A DNA stretch of 64,000 bases from contig CM022674.1 of the NCBI GenBank assembly GCA_012295275.1, positions 11,904,001 to 11,968,000 of the forward strand. Reading direction: 5' to 3'. The notes beneath the pieces were generated by a model. It saw only the letters and a program-made list of their open reading frames with translations. It did no database searches and was not told the origin of the DNA. Below, piece by piece: positions 13,160 through 29,636 of this stretch; position 1 is the first letter of the stretch, and the number at the start of each line of letters is the position of its first letter. Position numbers and translations under genes: made by a program. Source of the stretch: Chrysomallon squamiferum (lineage: Eukaryota > Animalia > Mollusca).

Positions 13160-14795
13160 TGATGATGAAAGCAACAACAAATCCCCCCAAAACATTCAGA
13201 TAAATTAAATGCTCATTAATTTGGTTTTGAAGAAACAGTCTACATGCATAAAAATAGTGATGAATAATCTAGAAATTGGCTGAAGGTGAAAGTAACTTTT
13301 ATTTTACTTTTTTTTTTTGTTGTTTTGTTCAGTTCTTGAGAATATTATAAAAGATAACTGGTAACTATTTTCTTCCTGATAATTATTACATTTAATTGAC
13401 GATTAAATTATAAAATCAGTTTATTTAAAAATTTCACTAAGATTCAGTTGTTTAAAATGTTCAGCAATGTAAAGAAAATTAATAACCATCTATCACCAGA
13501 CTCTGATGAGGTAACAGTCAGACTTTGATTTGAGGAAATTATCCAATAAAGGTAAATCTGTTGCCTTTCTGAAAACTTATAACACATTAAATAATAAACA
13601 CAACAAAAACTGATCTAATTTATAACAAACTGAAGTAGCTACCAGAACCCAAGTCGAGAATTGACGTCTGCTCTGTGGTTTCTGTTGGTGGCTCACTCTC
13701 AGCCGTCTGATCATTGACTTCTTCATGATTTCCCATAATTCTACTTCCTGTCCATGCCGAAGTCTCCTGAATGCTCATTTCATCATCCTCCATGGCTCCT
13801 GTTCTCTCCAGCTCCTCCAACTGGGCCTGAGCCACATGCTGTCTTTGTTGTTCATACATCTACAATTAATTATCCTTCTGTTACTTAAACTGCTAAATAA
13901 ATGGTTCAGCTAAGGGTGAATGGCTTAATTTACTCCGACATTCATATTTACCTTAAAAATAATATTGCCATAAAACAGTCAAAAATAAATTCTAAGTAAA
14001 ATAGCTAATTTATGCAGGTTTTTTAACTCTGTGATAAAAATATTTATATATCTATAAAATAATATATGTGGGAAAGTAAGATGAAAATTAAATTTCAGAC
14101 ATTATCCAATTACTTTGAGGCAGCAATAAAAAATATATATATAAAAAGTTAATAAGAATAATAAAATTAAAATTAAATTAAAAAAATAATAATAATAAAA
14201 GATAATGCTAGCAAATTTTATCTCTTACCTCTTTCAACTGTTTTAATCGTGTCTTGGCTCTCACCAGTGCTATCAGATCTCCACTCATGACGTACACAGG
14301 ATCCATCGTCCCTGGCGACCAGCTCCATGTTATACCCGTATCCCTGGCAACATCGTCTAAGACATCCTCCACGTTGGCACTCTGCTGTATGCTGTTTATG
14401 ATTCGTTTGGAGATGACAGCTGTGACTTTGTCAAATGCCTTGATAAAAAAAAAAAAAAAATAATAATAATAATAATAATCACAATTTAAATGATAAGTGT
14501 AAAGTAAGGTCATGTGAAGCCTGCACTCTTACTGAATAGCAACAAAACATGCTTTGTTTGTACCGTCTCACAAACAGGAAAGAAAAGTAAAGTGAAGTAA
14601 AATAAGAATAAAAAATAAATTCTTGCAGATTTAAAATAATCTTTTACCAACTGGAATAAATAAACAAGTTATCTAATCTAATCTAATGTAATCTAATCTA
14701 AATTAATCTAAACTAATGTAAACTAAACTGAACTAAACTAAATTAAACTAAACTAAAACCAAACAAAATACATTAAAATTAAAAAGCAAAATTCA

Positions 14796-14840
<45 letters not shown>

Positions 14841-17800
14841 CAGTATATTTACAGTAGTTTTTTAATTTAATTAAAAAGTTAAATTTTTGATTATTAATGG
14901 ATTACCTCCATTTCATCTGAAGATTCTGCTAATTCCATGAAGGCTGCCATCGCTTTCTCCTTCCTGGAAACCACAGTAACCTTATTCATCTGTCCTTGAC
15001 CTTCTGTCTCATCAACAGTATCCGAACTCTGGCCTGACTCAGGAACGCTGTCCATTTCCTTGGCAACCTCTCTCAAATTCTCAGAACCAAATGGTTTCTT
15101 ACTGGGCGTGCTGTTGTTGAGTGTGGTGGATTTACCTTTACACAGACGCACGTGTGAGCGCAGAATGTCCAGTCCCCTCCACGTGTCCAGGCAGAGTGGA
15201 CAGTGGTAATGTGTGCACAGACGTCCAGACCCTTTCTCCTGTTCACACGTCTTGTTACACGGAACCACAAAATAACCTGAGTAACAACAACAATAAAGTA
15301 ATGATAATAATAATAATAATAACAATAATAATAAACAATAATAATAATAACAACAGTAATAACAATAATAGTAATAATAACAATAATAATAACAACAATA
15401 ATAATAACAATAAAAATAATGATAGTGATAGTGATAATGATAATAATAATAACAATAACAATAACAATAACAATAACAATAATAATAATAATGATAGTGA
15501 TAATGATAATAATAATAATAAAGTAAAACAGTAATAACAACATGCAGATAAATAAACAAAAGAAATACAAATAAGTATCTCATTTAATAAAGTTAATATA
15601 AACACAATAACCCATACACTATCACATACAAGAAAATAATAAAAATAAATCTGTTTATTTATTTTTTTCAAACTCAAATATACACAAATGTTTAGAAACT
15701 ATTAAAATAATAATAATAATAATAAAAATAAAATAAAGAAAGAAAGAAATATTTTAAAACAAAGAACAAAAAACAGTCTTGAATAATTAACACAAATGAC
15801 CTTTGACCTCCACTCTAGCCTTCCAGTGGACATTGTTAAGATGGTCAGCTAGCTGGGTTTCGTTTCCGGGACTGTACTTTTCCTCTGAGCACAATGCACA
15901 GTGATATTTCTTGTCGTCAGGGTTACGCTGTATGGGCAGGTCACTCTGACACTTAATTATTGTTGGATGTAAGTGTATCTGGAGGTAAAAACAATTAAGA
16001 AAAAAAATTTATAATAATAATAATAGTGACAATAATGACAATAAAAATAACAAAAACAATAACAGTAATAACAATAATATAGTAGTAATAGAAATATTAC
16101 TACTAGTACTACTACTAATAATATAATAACAGTAATAATGGTAATAATACTGGTAATAATAATAATAATAACAACTGTAGTTCAAAAAATTATACCAGTA
16201 TGCTATTAAAGCAATGGCAAGGAAACATCATATTTATCTGTTTGTTTACACAAGAGAAGAATCTTCAGTCATACTTGAATTACTAACACAACAAAATCAG
16301 ATCATTCTAACAACCTCACACAGATAACACTACTGAATTACCAGAGCTGAAGATGTTGTTGTTGTGGTAGTCTTGCTGTTGTTCTTGGCAGCAGCTTTTT
16401 TCTTCACTAACAAGGCTCCACCCTGCTTCATCTCCTCCCTGCATCGCCACAAGTGACTCATCATGGGTCCCAGCTCGGAGAAGTTTTTCTGGGCACACAG
16501 AGGACAGTGGTAATGTTTCCCCAGCTCGTCGCACAGCTTGCTGCAGATGAAAATCTCTAAACCTGAGAAAAATGAGATCATTTTTGACATTACCCAGTGA
16601 AAAAAAAACTAAAAAAAAAGTGAATGGTATTGAGACCAAGTATGAAGAATGGTTTGAGAGTTTTTTCGTTCCAGAGTTGATTTATTGTTTTAAATTTTAG
16701 TGGTAAATAAATCACAGGAGTGAAGAGAGAGTTATGTTTTGGGGTTAAATTCCAGATTAGCAAGTTTTTATTGTAATTTAAGTATTATTTAAGACATATT
16801 ACTCATTTATTAACATCATTCAGAAAAGTTATTCTGAAAGGTAATAATGGATAACATGAATAACTTAAACATTCCTTCATTGTTGCTCATATCCAAATTA
16901 TATTCATCTAGAAATGCAGTATTGAATAAAACATTTTACTTAAACATTTCTTTCTCACTGAATAACTTCAACTACAGTTTCCAGATTAATGTTAATAAAA
17001 CTGAAATAAGCTGGAAATGTTTTGAATCATGATTTAAACCATTCTTCTTTTCTTTGGAATAATTTCAATAGTATCATGGTTCACAAATTAATAATAAAAT
17101 CTAGAAATTCAGGGCTGAAAAATACAACATGATTTTAATTTTGTTTTTGTCTATATAAATTCATTATTATCACATCTCTAAATTATTGATACCAAAATTG
17201 AACCAATCTTGAAATGCAGTAAAGAATAATACAAAATGTTTTAATAATTTAGTTGTTTATGAAAAAATTCAATTTCTTCATGGTTTCTGAATTACCGAAA
17301 GCAAAATTTGAAATGCAAATATGACTAAATATGATATTTAGTGATCGTAACTTTTTAATTATCGTTAGGAAAGGTTGAATTTATCGAGAAAAAAAGAAAA
17401 AAATCTCTTTACAAAGTTATTTATTATGCAATAATGAGTAAAACATGAATAAAATATTCTTTCAGATTATGATTTTTTTTTTTTTCAATATTAACATGAT
17501 TTTGGTTTCTAAATTATTTATATTATTTACACATTAATAAATATGTGTAACAAATTTCCCTCACCATCAAAAACAATTTTCTCAGGTTGTTTGAAGTCAG
17601 GAGACTGAATCAGATTCACGTCTTTACCCTAAAATATAAAACATTATTTTACTTAACAATCAAATAAATATATGACGAGGAGACTAATATTCAATTATCT
17701 CACATTAATATTCACTGTGTGAATCAAATTCTTACTCTTTCATAATCAGCTGGACTGTCATTAGTATTAAATTACATAATAGTGTTAATTATATCAGTGA

Positions 17801-18304
17801 AGTAAACTATAATTAATTTTTTTTTTTCAAAGAAAAGCATCTGATTAATTGGAAATGGGTAATAAATGCAAATAAAAGTTTCTGGATTCAACAATTCTTT
17901 GATTTGAATAAATAAATGAAAAAACAATCAAAATAAAGTGAAGTGAAGTGAAGTGAAGTGAAGTGAAGTGAAGTGAAGTGAAGTGAAGTGAAGTGAAGTG
18001 AAGTAAAGTAAAGTAAAGTAAAGTAAAGTAAAGTAAAGTAAAGTAAAGTAAAGTAAAGTAAAGTAAAGTAAAGTAAAGTAAATAAATAAATAAATAAAAA
18101 ATGTCTACCATTTTCTCCATGTGCATCTGCAGGTGGTTTGAGAAGCCCAGTCTCTTGCCTATCAGTTTTGGACAGTGTGGACAGTGATAGTGACCAGACG
18201 GCAGTGTCGTATTACAGTCAAGAAAACATTTAACTATGAGCATGTCTGTAAAATATAACAATAACAATAACTGTACTAATAATAACAATAAAAATAATAA
18301 TAAC

Positions 18305-18351
<47 letters not shown>

Positions 18352-20107
18352 GAGTAACAGCAACAATGTTGAACAATAACATGAACAATAATAACAACAG
18401 TAACAACAACAAACATCAGAAAATATTTAATCATTAGCATATCTGAAAACTGAAAAGATTTAAAATCAATTTAAAAAAATGTCAGTAAACTAATATTTTA
18501 TATATATTTTTTTCTGATTCATACTTAATAATAAAAAATAACAACAAAAAAAGTTAATTACTGTGATTCAAAATATAAATATGCGAATCATTTTCATGTT
18601 CATAATTACTAGTTTAATAAGAAAAACACAACCCATTAATTGAAAATTATTTGCTTGCAGTAATTATGTGTGAATGTGTGTTTCTGTTTATAACACTTAA
18701 CTTTAAATACTCATATTCTCTTCATTTTTGAAGAAGCTGACCTTCTGGTCTAAAAAAAACTTCTGACATTTAATTTTTAATATTTTAACACTATTGATGA
18801 TAATAAGAGTTTGTATTACTACACTCATAATAAACAAGACGTAATAATATCTGTATTCTTAAAACCGTGTGTTTTATATTCAAAATTATTATCTCCATTA
18901 CATCAATTTTCTATCACCCTTTATTTTTTCCTTCTAAGTTCTATTATTAGTATCTTCTTGCATATCATATCAATTAATTACACTCATTAAAATCATTATT
19001 ATTACTTTCATAATGGACTCCATGCATGAAGTGAAACAAGTTGAGATGGTCCCGGACTCGGGCTGGCAGCGTGGGCTTGAAGTGGTTAGGTCCACCAAAC
19101 GGGCAGTGCACTTTACCACACTGGCAGGCAGGGTCATCACATCTTTTGAGAAAGAACTCACCACTTGACCGAACAAATGTCGGATGGTCAGTCATTGTAA
19201 GCTCAGTCTGCATAGACAAACAAAATAAATAAATAAATAGTTATAATAATGTATATTCAAAACTCTAACGAAAAGGAAATAAAGTTATAAAAATATTTTG
19301 ACATTTAATGAAATAATATATATATTATATTTTTAATATTATAACATTTTAAATATTTGTGATATACAACAATTTATAATGTATCAATGCTAATTTATTA
19401 TTATTATTATTATTATTATTTAAAGCTTATGACAGATCTGAGTAATGACAATAATTTACTTAAACAAAACAGAACATAGTGGCATGTTTATAAAGAAACC
19501 TTTGGTCATAAATTTACAGCTGTAAATTACTATTTATAGAAATTATAAAACCGAGCTGTGAGAAATGGAATAATTAAATTAATGATTAATTAAAAAAGAT
19601 AAAATAACTTTATGAACTGATCAAAATAATTGATCCATTTTAAAATTTTAAACTTTGCCATTGTCATTTATGCTAAAATACACAACAGAATTGTTAATCA
19701 GATAATTATTTTTAGTTTTAATTTCCTAACATTCATCAAAAACATGTTATTTGGTTTGACAGACCCCTTTCACAATACATTAAATTGATTAATATTATTC
19801 TGTCTTTAATGTGAACTTAAACACAACTAGCTGTCACAGTAATAACACTTCATTTACTACTAATATTATTGCTTATGACGTACTATTTAGCAACTTCCAA
19901 TTTATAAAACACTACTAAAGTAAAATCAATATTTAGTTTCGTAAACCACAGACAACAGAATGGTCGGAAGCTTTGCGCCAGCAGTTGTGAGGAAGATAGT
20001 GTAACGAAAGAGCAGCCTTATACAAAAACAGAGTTTCGCGAGAGACAATATTTATCACTAATATATACTACCTTGTCCTGAGAGTTCGTTCCTTCTTCCT
20101 CGGCCAT
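9962..20107 (-). CDS. Large multi-domain zinc-finger protein, ~1527 aa; exons 20107-20072, 19207-19006, 18245-18109, 17628-17565, 16562-16342, 15978-15801, 15276-14906, 14438-14229, 13859-13643, (optional 13568-13497), 12909-9962
   Basis: All junctions are GT-AG with compatible phases (0,1,0,1,0,1,0,0,1); the sum of 4584 nt is divisible by 3. The last exon has RGRP/GRP AT-hook-like motifs, an acidic tract and 14 fingers (13 C2H2, one C2HC) with linkers HTGEKPH, HTSERPF and HTGKSRF. N-terminal exons encode repeated C..C..H[Y/V]HCPxC..H modules. An alternative in-frame ATG lies at 20113. Confidence 0.85.
17933..18100. repeat. Compound pentanucleotide microsatellite (AAGTG)n-(AAGTA)n-(AAAT)n
   Basis: Directly visible immediately beside a splice donor. 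Confidence 0.95.
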
Positions 20108-20184
20108 GACCATATGCAGCTTTGGTCATTTAAATAAGATGCATTTGTAAATTCAATAGAGGTCGGACATTTTTCTTGTTTTAT

Positions 20185-20320
20185 CAAAATGGCGTCCCCC
20201 AAACAGTCTTGCTGTGACGTCAAATGGAGGTGATTTTAGAATAACGCATGCGTATTTGGTGTTTTGGGAACGTTTTGAAGATATGTCCACTTCCGGATAC
20301 ACCGCCGAAAAGCGGGAAAA
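20185..20320 (-). promoter_or_regulatory. CpG-rich TATA-less promoter of the zinc-finger gene (YY1, CRE and ETS motifs)
   Basis: AAAATGGCG (YY1) at 20187-20195, TGACGTCA at 20215-20222 and CACTTCCGG (ETS/GABP) at ~20289-20297, just upstream of the first coding exon. Confidence 0.7.
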
Positions 20321-20501
20321 TATTTTAAAACTCGATTTACATAAAATTAATATAGTTTTAATCGTATTTATTAGATCAGTGCAAAACAAGCCTGTACTGT
20401 CACCCTTCAGGACAGTACCATGTTGTTACAAAGATATTTAATGTGATTTAATTTAATTTAATTTAATTATAGTTTATTTTATTTTATTTTATTTTATTTT
20501 A

Positions 20502-20546
<45 letters not shown>

Positions 20547-20815
20547 CTTTAGTTTTTTATTATTTTTTTTTTTTTTTGTCCAAGGCTGGATAAATTTGTA
20601 GCTTTTACGTTTTAAATCGAATTGACATACTTATTTAAAAAAAAAAAAAATAAAAAAAAATAAATATCGTTAACCATTTGATTTCATTGTCACAAAAACA
20701 AAACCACAGTAACACCATTTATTATTATTATTGTTGTTGTTTTTGTTGTTGTTGTTGTTGTTTTTATTATTATTATTATACTCACGTAACTATCAGTGGA
20801 TCTATAATATCGAAT

Positions 20816-20948
<133 letters not shown>

Positions 20949-21917
20949 CGAATTATTAAGAATGGTGTTGAACCATGAAACGAATAAATTATTTCTATGT
21001 GTGTATTTAAATTTACATTACCTCCAGTTTTGTTTTTCTGTTTATGAATGCCATTACTAACATGCTGTGCGTATTTTATTTATGTGATAAAATAAAATAA
21101 AAATAACAAATGCACACAAAAGAAAAAATATTTTAAAAAGAAAAGAAAAGATTTTTTATTTACTTTTATTATCAAAATAACAACTGGAGACAGAGACAGA
21201 AGAATATATACACATATTTAAAATTATTATTATATTGTTGTTGTTGTTGTTGTTATTATTATTATTATTTTAATAAAATAAGTTGAAAACCAGGTTTATC
21301 AATAATCAAAACGTTGATAAAATGAATATTGAAAGCTCATATTAATTCGAAGACAATTTGTGTGAAATATAACTTTTCACACGCTTATTTTAGCTCTTAA
21401 ATATCGTTTACTAACTTATCTAAACACACACATACACACTCTACATACATAGCACACATTTCCATACATTAATATACACATGTACTTTTATACATACATG
21501 CATACACACACAGACATGCATTATATATACATATGTAAACACATACCAACATAAATACAGAATTACATACAGACAGGTATAGTTTTCTACATTTACAGAT
21601 TTTTTTATTTTTGTTTGTTTGCTATATGTAAATACACATGATTGTTTACGTACAGTTAAAAAGAAAACAACAAACTTTAAAATCGTAAACTTATGAAAGA
21701 AATATTATAAAGATGACAGTGATGATAAAATCAAAACAAACTTCATACCACAGCATTTAGAGGAGCACAAAAATAACGAAAGATAAATAAATAAATAAAT
21801 AAATAAATGGATATGAAAATAAGTAAATAGTAGTAGTAGTAATAAAACTAATATTAAAACCTAATTTAACCAAAAATGTAAGTAATATATAAAAAAATAA
21901 ATCAATAACTCAATAGT

Positions 21918-21985
21918 AGTGTAGTATTGCAGTCAAGAAAACATTTAACTATGAGCATGTGTGTTAAATGTAACAATAACAATAA
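21918..21985 (-). pseudogene. Short duplicated fragment of zinc-finger gene exon 3 and its acceptor
   Basis: Near-identical to 18203-18270 (encodes MLIVKCFLDCNTTL); the acceptor CAG is changed to CAC. Confidence 0.85.
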
Positions 21986-21986
21986 C

Positions 21987-22047
<61 letters not shown>

Positions 22048-22469
22048 TAATAATAATAATGGTGATGAAAACGAAAGATGACAGATAAAATTTTTGTTTA
22101 TCGTGAAGAAGACAATCCTTATTATTGCAGTCCATTAAAATCCATTTTTGGGGTTGAACATTTATTTTATTTTTTTTTTTTTTTTTTATTCAAGGATTTC
22201 ATATAGTAAGTAATATTCATTACGTACATTTCAGTGACGCAGGAACAATGCTACATACGTAATACATATAAAAGAAGAAATACATGCGCCTGCACACATA
22301 CACCATTTGCTGGTTTTAAAATTCCAGTTTCACTTCATAAAGTTTTTCTTGACTGTTATTTAAAGTTCGAAACATATAGAAAGAAGTGAAAGCAAAAAAT
22401 AATAGCAAAGATAAGAAAGGTCATAAAGTTTATCTGACGTCTAAAGATCTATCTGATCATTCAATGACA

Positions 22470-25515
<3,046 letters not shown>

Positions 25516-26012
25516 TGAACCTGCAGCAAACAAGAAATACAGTTACTAAAATGTAGATTAATTCACACAGTCGAAATCCACTGGATTTCATGTCTGCGTA
25601 CCTGTCAGTTAAAGAAAGCGATTTATATTAGTGATATTCATAACAACAAGTAGTAGTAATAGTAATAGTGCAGTAGCAGTAGCATTAGTAGTAGTTGTTG
25701 TAGTAGCAGTAGTAGTAGTAATAATAATTATAATGATAACGGCAACAAAAATAGTAATGATATTGGTGATGATGATTATCATCATAATACGATCGAAGAC
25801 GAAATAAAACTATAAAAATGTAAATAATAATTACAATCAACATAAAATAAATAAGTAAATGACTAATATTAATAAAACAAATAAACAAACAAACAAAACT
25901 AATAAATAAAGAAAGAAAGAACGAAAGAAAGAATATAACTTTAAATTAAACTAAAATTAAAAATTAATAATTAGAAGTCAAATTCATTAAATTAAATAAG
26001 TGACAGTATTTA

Positions 26013-26170
26013 CCAAACAACAACGTAAACTCGAGGTTGCTTTTTCTGCAACTTCAACTTTGTAAACTGAACATTTCACACCATGAAACATTAACCTCAT
26101 CAGCTGTGGCTTGCCGACAGCCTCTTAGCCAATCAGAAAGCTCGAATAAAATCTCAACCAATCAGAGCGC
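26013..26170 (-). promoter_or_regulatory. Probable promoter and 5'UTR exon of the cadherin-like gene with tandem CCAAT boxes
   Basis: CCAATCAG at 26129 and 26158 (29 bp apart, NF-Y-like); minus-strand donor TG|GTAAAT near 26013; acceptor at 25521 just before the ATG. Confidence 0.55.
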
Positions 26171-26639
26171 TCGTCTAGAGGTATGCGTAAAACGGGTCTC
26201 GTATACGTAAATGGATTTATAGCATACTGGACCTGTCTGATACTCGTTTTAATATAGTGTTATGTCATTTCATATTAAAATTGATGACATGATTAGGTAT
26301 CAATCTACTTTTTTTTTTTTGTTCTTTTTCAATCGACTTACGTCATCACAAGTTGTCATCACTTTGTCCAGGGTTAAAAAACGAATACGGAAGAAAAAGG
26401 AGAAGGGGGATAGAAGTGTCGTATTTTAGAAAAAAATAATTTATTGATTATTATTTGTTTTTAACTCTCCTTGATAATAAATCCCTTCTTTTATTTTCCT
26501 CAGTGTCAGACTCTTTTTTTCTCTTTGCGCGTTTTCATATATTATAATAATGCAAATGTTTCTGTCTCTCTCTCTCTTTTTCAGTCTCCCTCTGTCTGTC
26601 TCTCTCCCAGTCTCCCTCTGTCTGTCTGTGTGTGTGTGT

Positions 26640-26757
<118 letters not shown>

Positions 26758-28806
26758 GACACATATTTTTTTCAATATTCGCATAAACTTTTGGCTTTAA
26801 TGCTTAACATTTATTTCAAATGTATATAAACTAATATTTATTTAGCACAAATAATAGTGTTTATATCAACGTCAGTTAGATTTGCATAAAATTATCTATC
26901 ATCACATCATTTGCTACTCTGTTTGCTGTGTGTGGAGGTGGATGTATGAGTGTATATGTGTGTGTATATGTGTATGTGTAGGTGTATGTGTGTGTGTGTG
27001 GGTGTGTGTGGGTGTGAGTTTGTATGTGAGTTTGTGTGTGTGTATTTATATATGTGAGTGGGGGTAATATATGTAAGAGTGTCTTTATGAGTATGTGTGT
27101 GTGGGTGGGCGGGTATTCGTGTGTTTTATTATTAATGTTATTATTAAGGATAAAAATATTTCAACTTTGGCGAGAGTTAAATTATGGTCTACATACCAGA
27201 CACCATCACAGTGCAAATTCACATCCAATTAGTCATAGGGATTAACCTCTTTAATAAGTATAACTACTTATCTTCAGATTTACGTTATTAGTATAATTAA
27301 TCGTCCCAGTAATCGATTACGTACAAGTGACCCGTCATAACGATCGTTTGAATTATTGACCTCTGATGAGCTAAATTTGAACTAATGTGGACGAAATTAA
27401 ACGGGATGGGCTTTTGAAGTGTCCAGTTTAAAAATGATTGACAAATGTAATTTTGACGAAAGGAAGAATAAATGAGAAAGCGAATTAATGATGGTTCGAA
27501 GAATGAATGAATCAGTAAACGAATACTATCTGAAGAAATGAACGATTGAATGAAGGATAACATAAATATTGAATAATCGATATGGATAATTAGCAAACAA
27601 TGAAAATAAAAAATAAAAAAATAAGTTAATAAATAAATAAACAAGCTAACATTTACACTTAGACATATGTACATACAAACAAACAGCGAAAAATAAAAAT
27701 AATAATAATTATTATTAAAAAAAAAAAAAAAATATGAATTAAGAATAAAAATAAAATTACATGAAAAAATAATAAAAAACAATATAAAATAATATTAAAT
27801 AAATAAATAAAATTTAAAATAACCCAAAATAATTTGATCTAAAAAATAACACAACATCAGCTGATAAAAAAAGTTAAAATACACTTCCCTAATTTTAGAT
27901 CACCTGAAACCACATGGTATCAATGTTGTATATTCACCTGTGACTCAGTAAATATTGCTCATTGATTATTCTGATAGCCTAATTTTAACTCAGCAGATAA
28001 AAATTAAGATAAATATTTATTTCTTTTAATGATAATCTAAATACACTTACGATTCGGGCAAATATTTGTTGTATTTCAAGAAATTCTTTTTACGAGCGAC
28101 ATGTGAAACAAATTGATTCCACAAAACACGGAAGTAAAAATAATAAAAATAAAACAGATATTGATTTACTGAATATAAAAATAAAATTTAAATAACTGCT
28201 TATATTTAAGAAAATAATAATAATAGTAGTAAATAAAAAATAAGTGAATGTAAATGAATGAAATTTAAATGAGTGATTAAATAACAGAAAATTGAAGAAA
28301 TATTTAAATGATGTTGTCGAATAAAAAATAAAAGTAATAAATAAATAAATAAATTTAAAAATAAGTGATTAAATAACAGAAAATAATAATGATAATAATA
28401 TTTAAAATGATAATAATAATAAAAGGAAAAATAAAAATAAAACAAATATTAAAATGAAAGATAACGGTTAAATATAAACTGTAATCTTTGATACAGTCAC
28501 ACGTGACAAAAATTAAATGTCAGATTATTAGGTCATTCCCTTACTTTCATATAACTTATTTACATGTGATATTTCAAAATAAAGAATGAAAGAAGAAAAT
28601 AAATGAAAGAATGAAAAACAGCAGCACCACAAAAAACAACAGCAACTTCAAAAATTACAACAACAATAATTATAATAACCACAACAACAACAGCGCCAAT
28701 AATGCTGCTGCTCCTGCTGATGATGATAACAGTAATACTATTGGCATCTGCAGTTGTTGTGATAGTAGAGAAAATTACAGTATTAACAAAACAACGATGA
28801 CCACGA

Positions 28807-28884
<78 letters not shown>

Positions 28885-29600
28885 CATTAAGTTAAACAAA
28901 CATCGTAATGGGCTACACATCAGTAACTTAACAAAACCTGTTGCACTTAGTTGACTTCGTCAAGGTAAACACGGAAATCGCCGGAAAGCTTAAACGACGT
29001 AAACACGGAAAGTGTCGAATTACGTAAATGTCGTACTGTCAGTGTGTGGCGGAGTAATGTAAATACTTGAGAGTGCGTGTCTACAAGACGACTGACAAAA
29101 ACACTGATGTTAATTAACTATGAAGACGAGACAACGGACAGCAGTTTTATATATTTACGCTTGTTAAACAGCCTCTTTTCCGAAAGGTTACGATAATCGT
29201 AATGTGAGTGTAATAGCTGCAGAATCTCTCTAAACTCCAACTTTCTTTTCTTTTCTTTTTTTTCTTTCTTTCTTTCTTTCTTTCTTTTATTATAGTTGTT
29301 GTTGTTGTTATTATTGTTATTACTATTTTATTTTTTTATGATTATTTTATTATCCTTGTTGTTATTATTATTATTATTGTTATTGTTATTATTTTAAAAT
29401 GTTTAATATCTTTAAATTAAGATGTAAAAATTTCTAAATATAGCGGTTTATAACTCTCAGTCAATCTCTCTCTCTCTCTCTCTCTCTTTTTCTCTCTTTT
29501 TTCTGAATCTGTGTTTATTTCTTGTTTATTTTAATTTTCTTTTTCTCTTACAACATTACATTTCATCCGCATCACCAATTATTATTATTATTTTTTTTTC

Positions 29601-29636
<36 letters not shown>

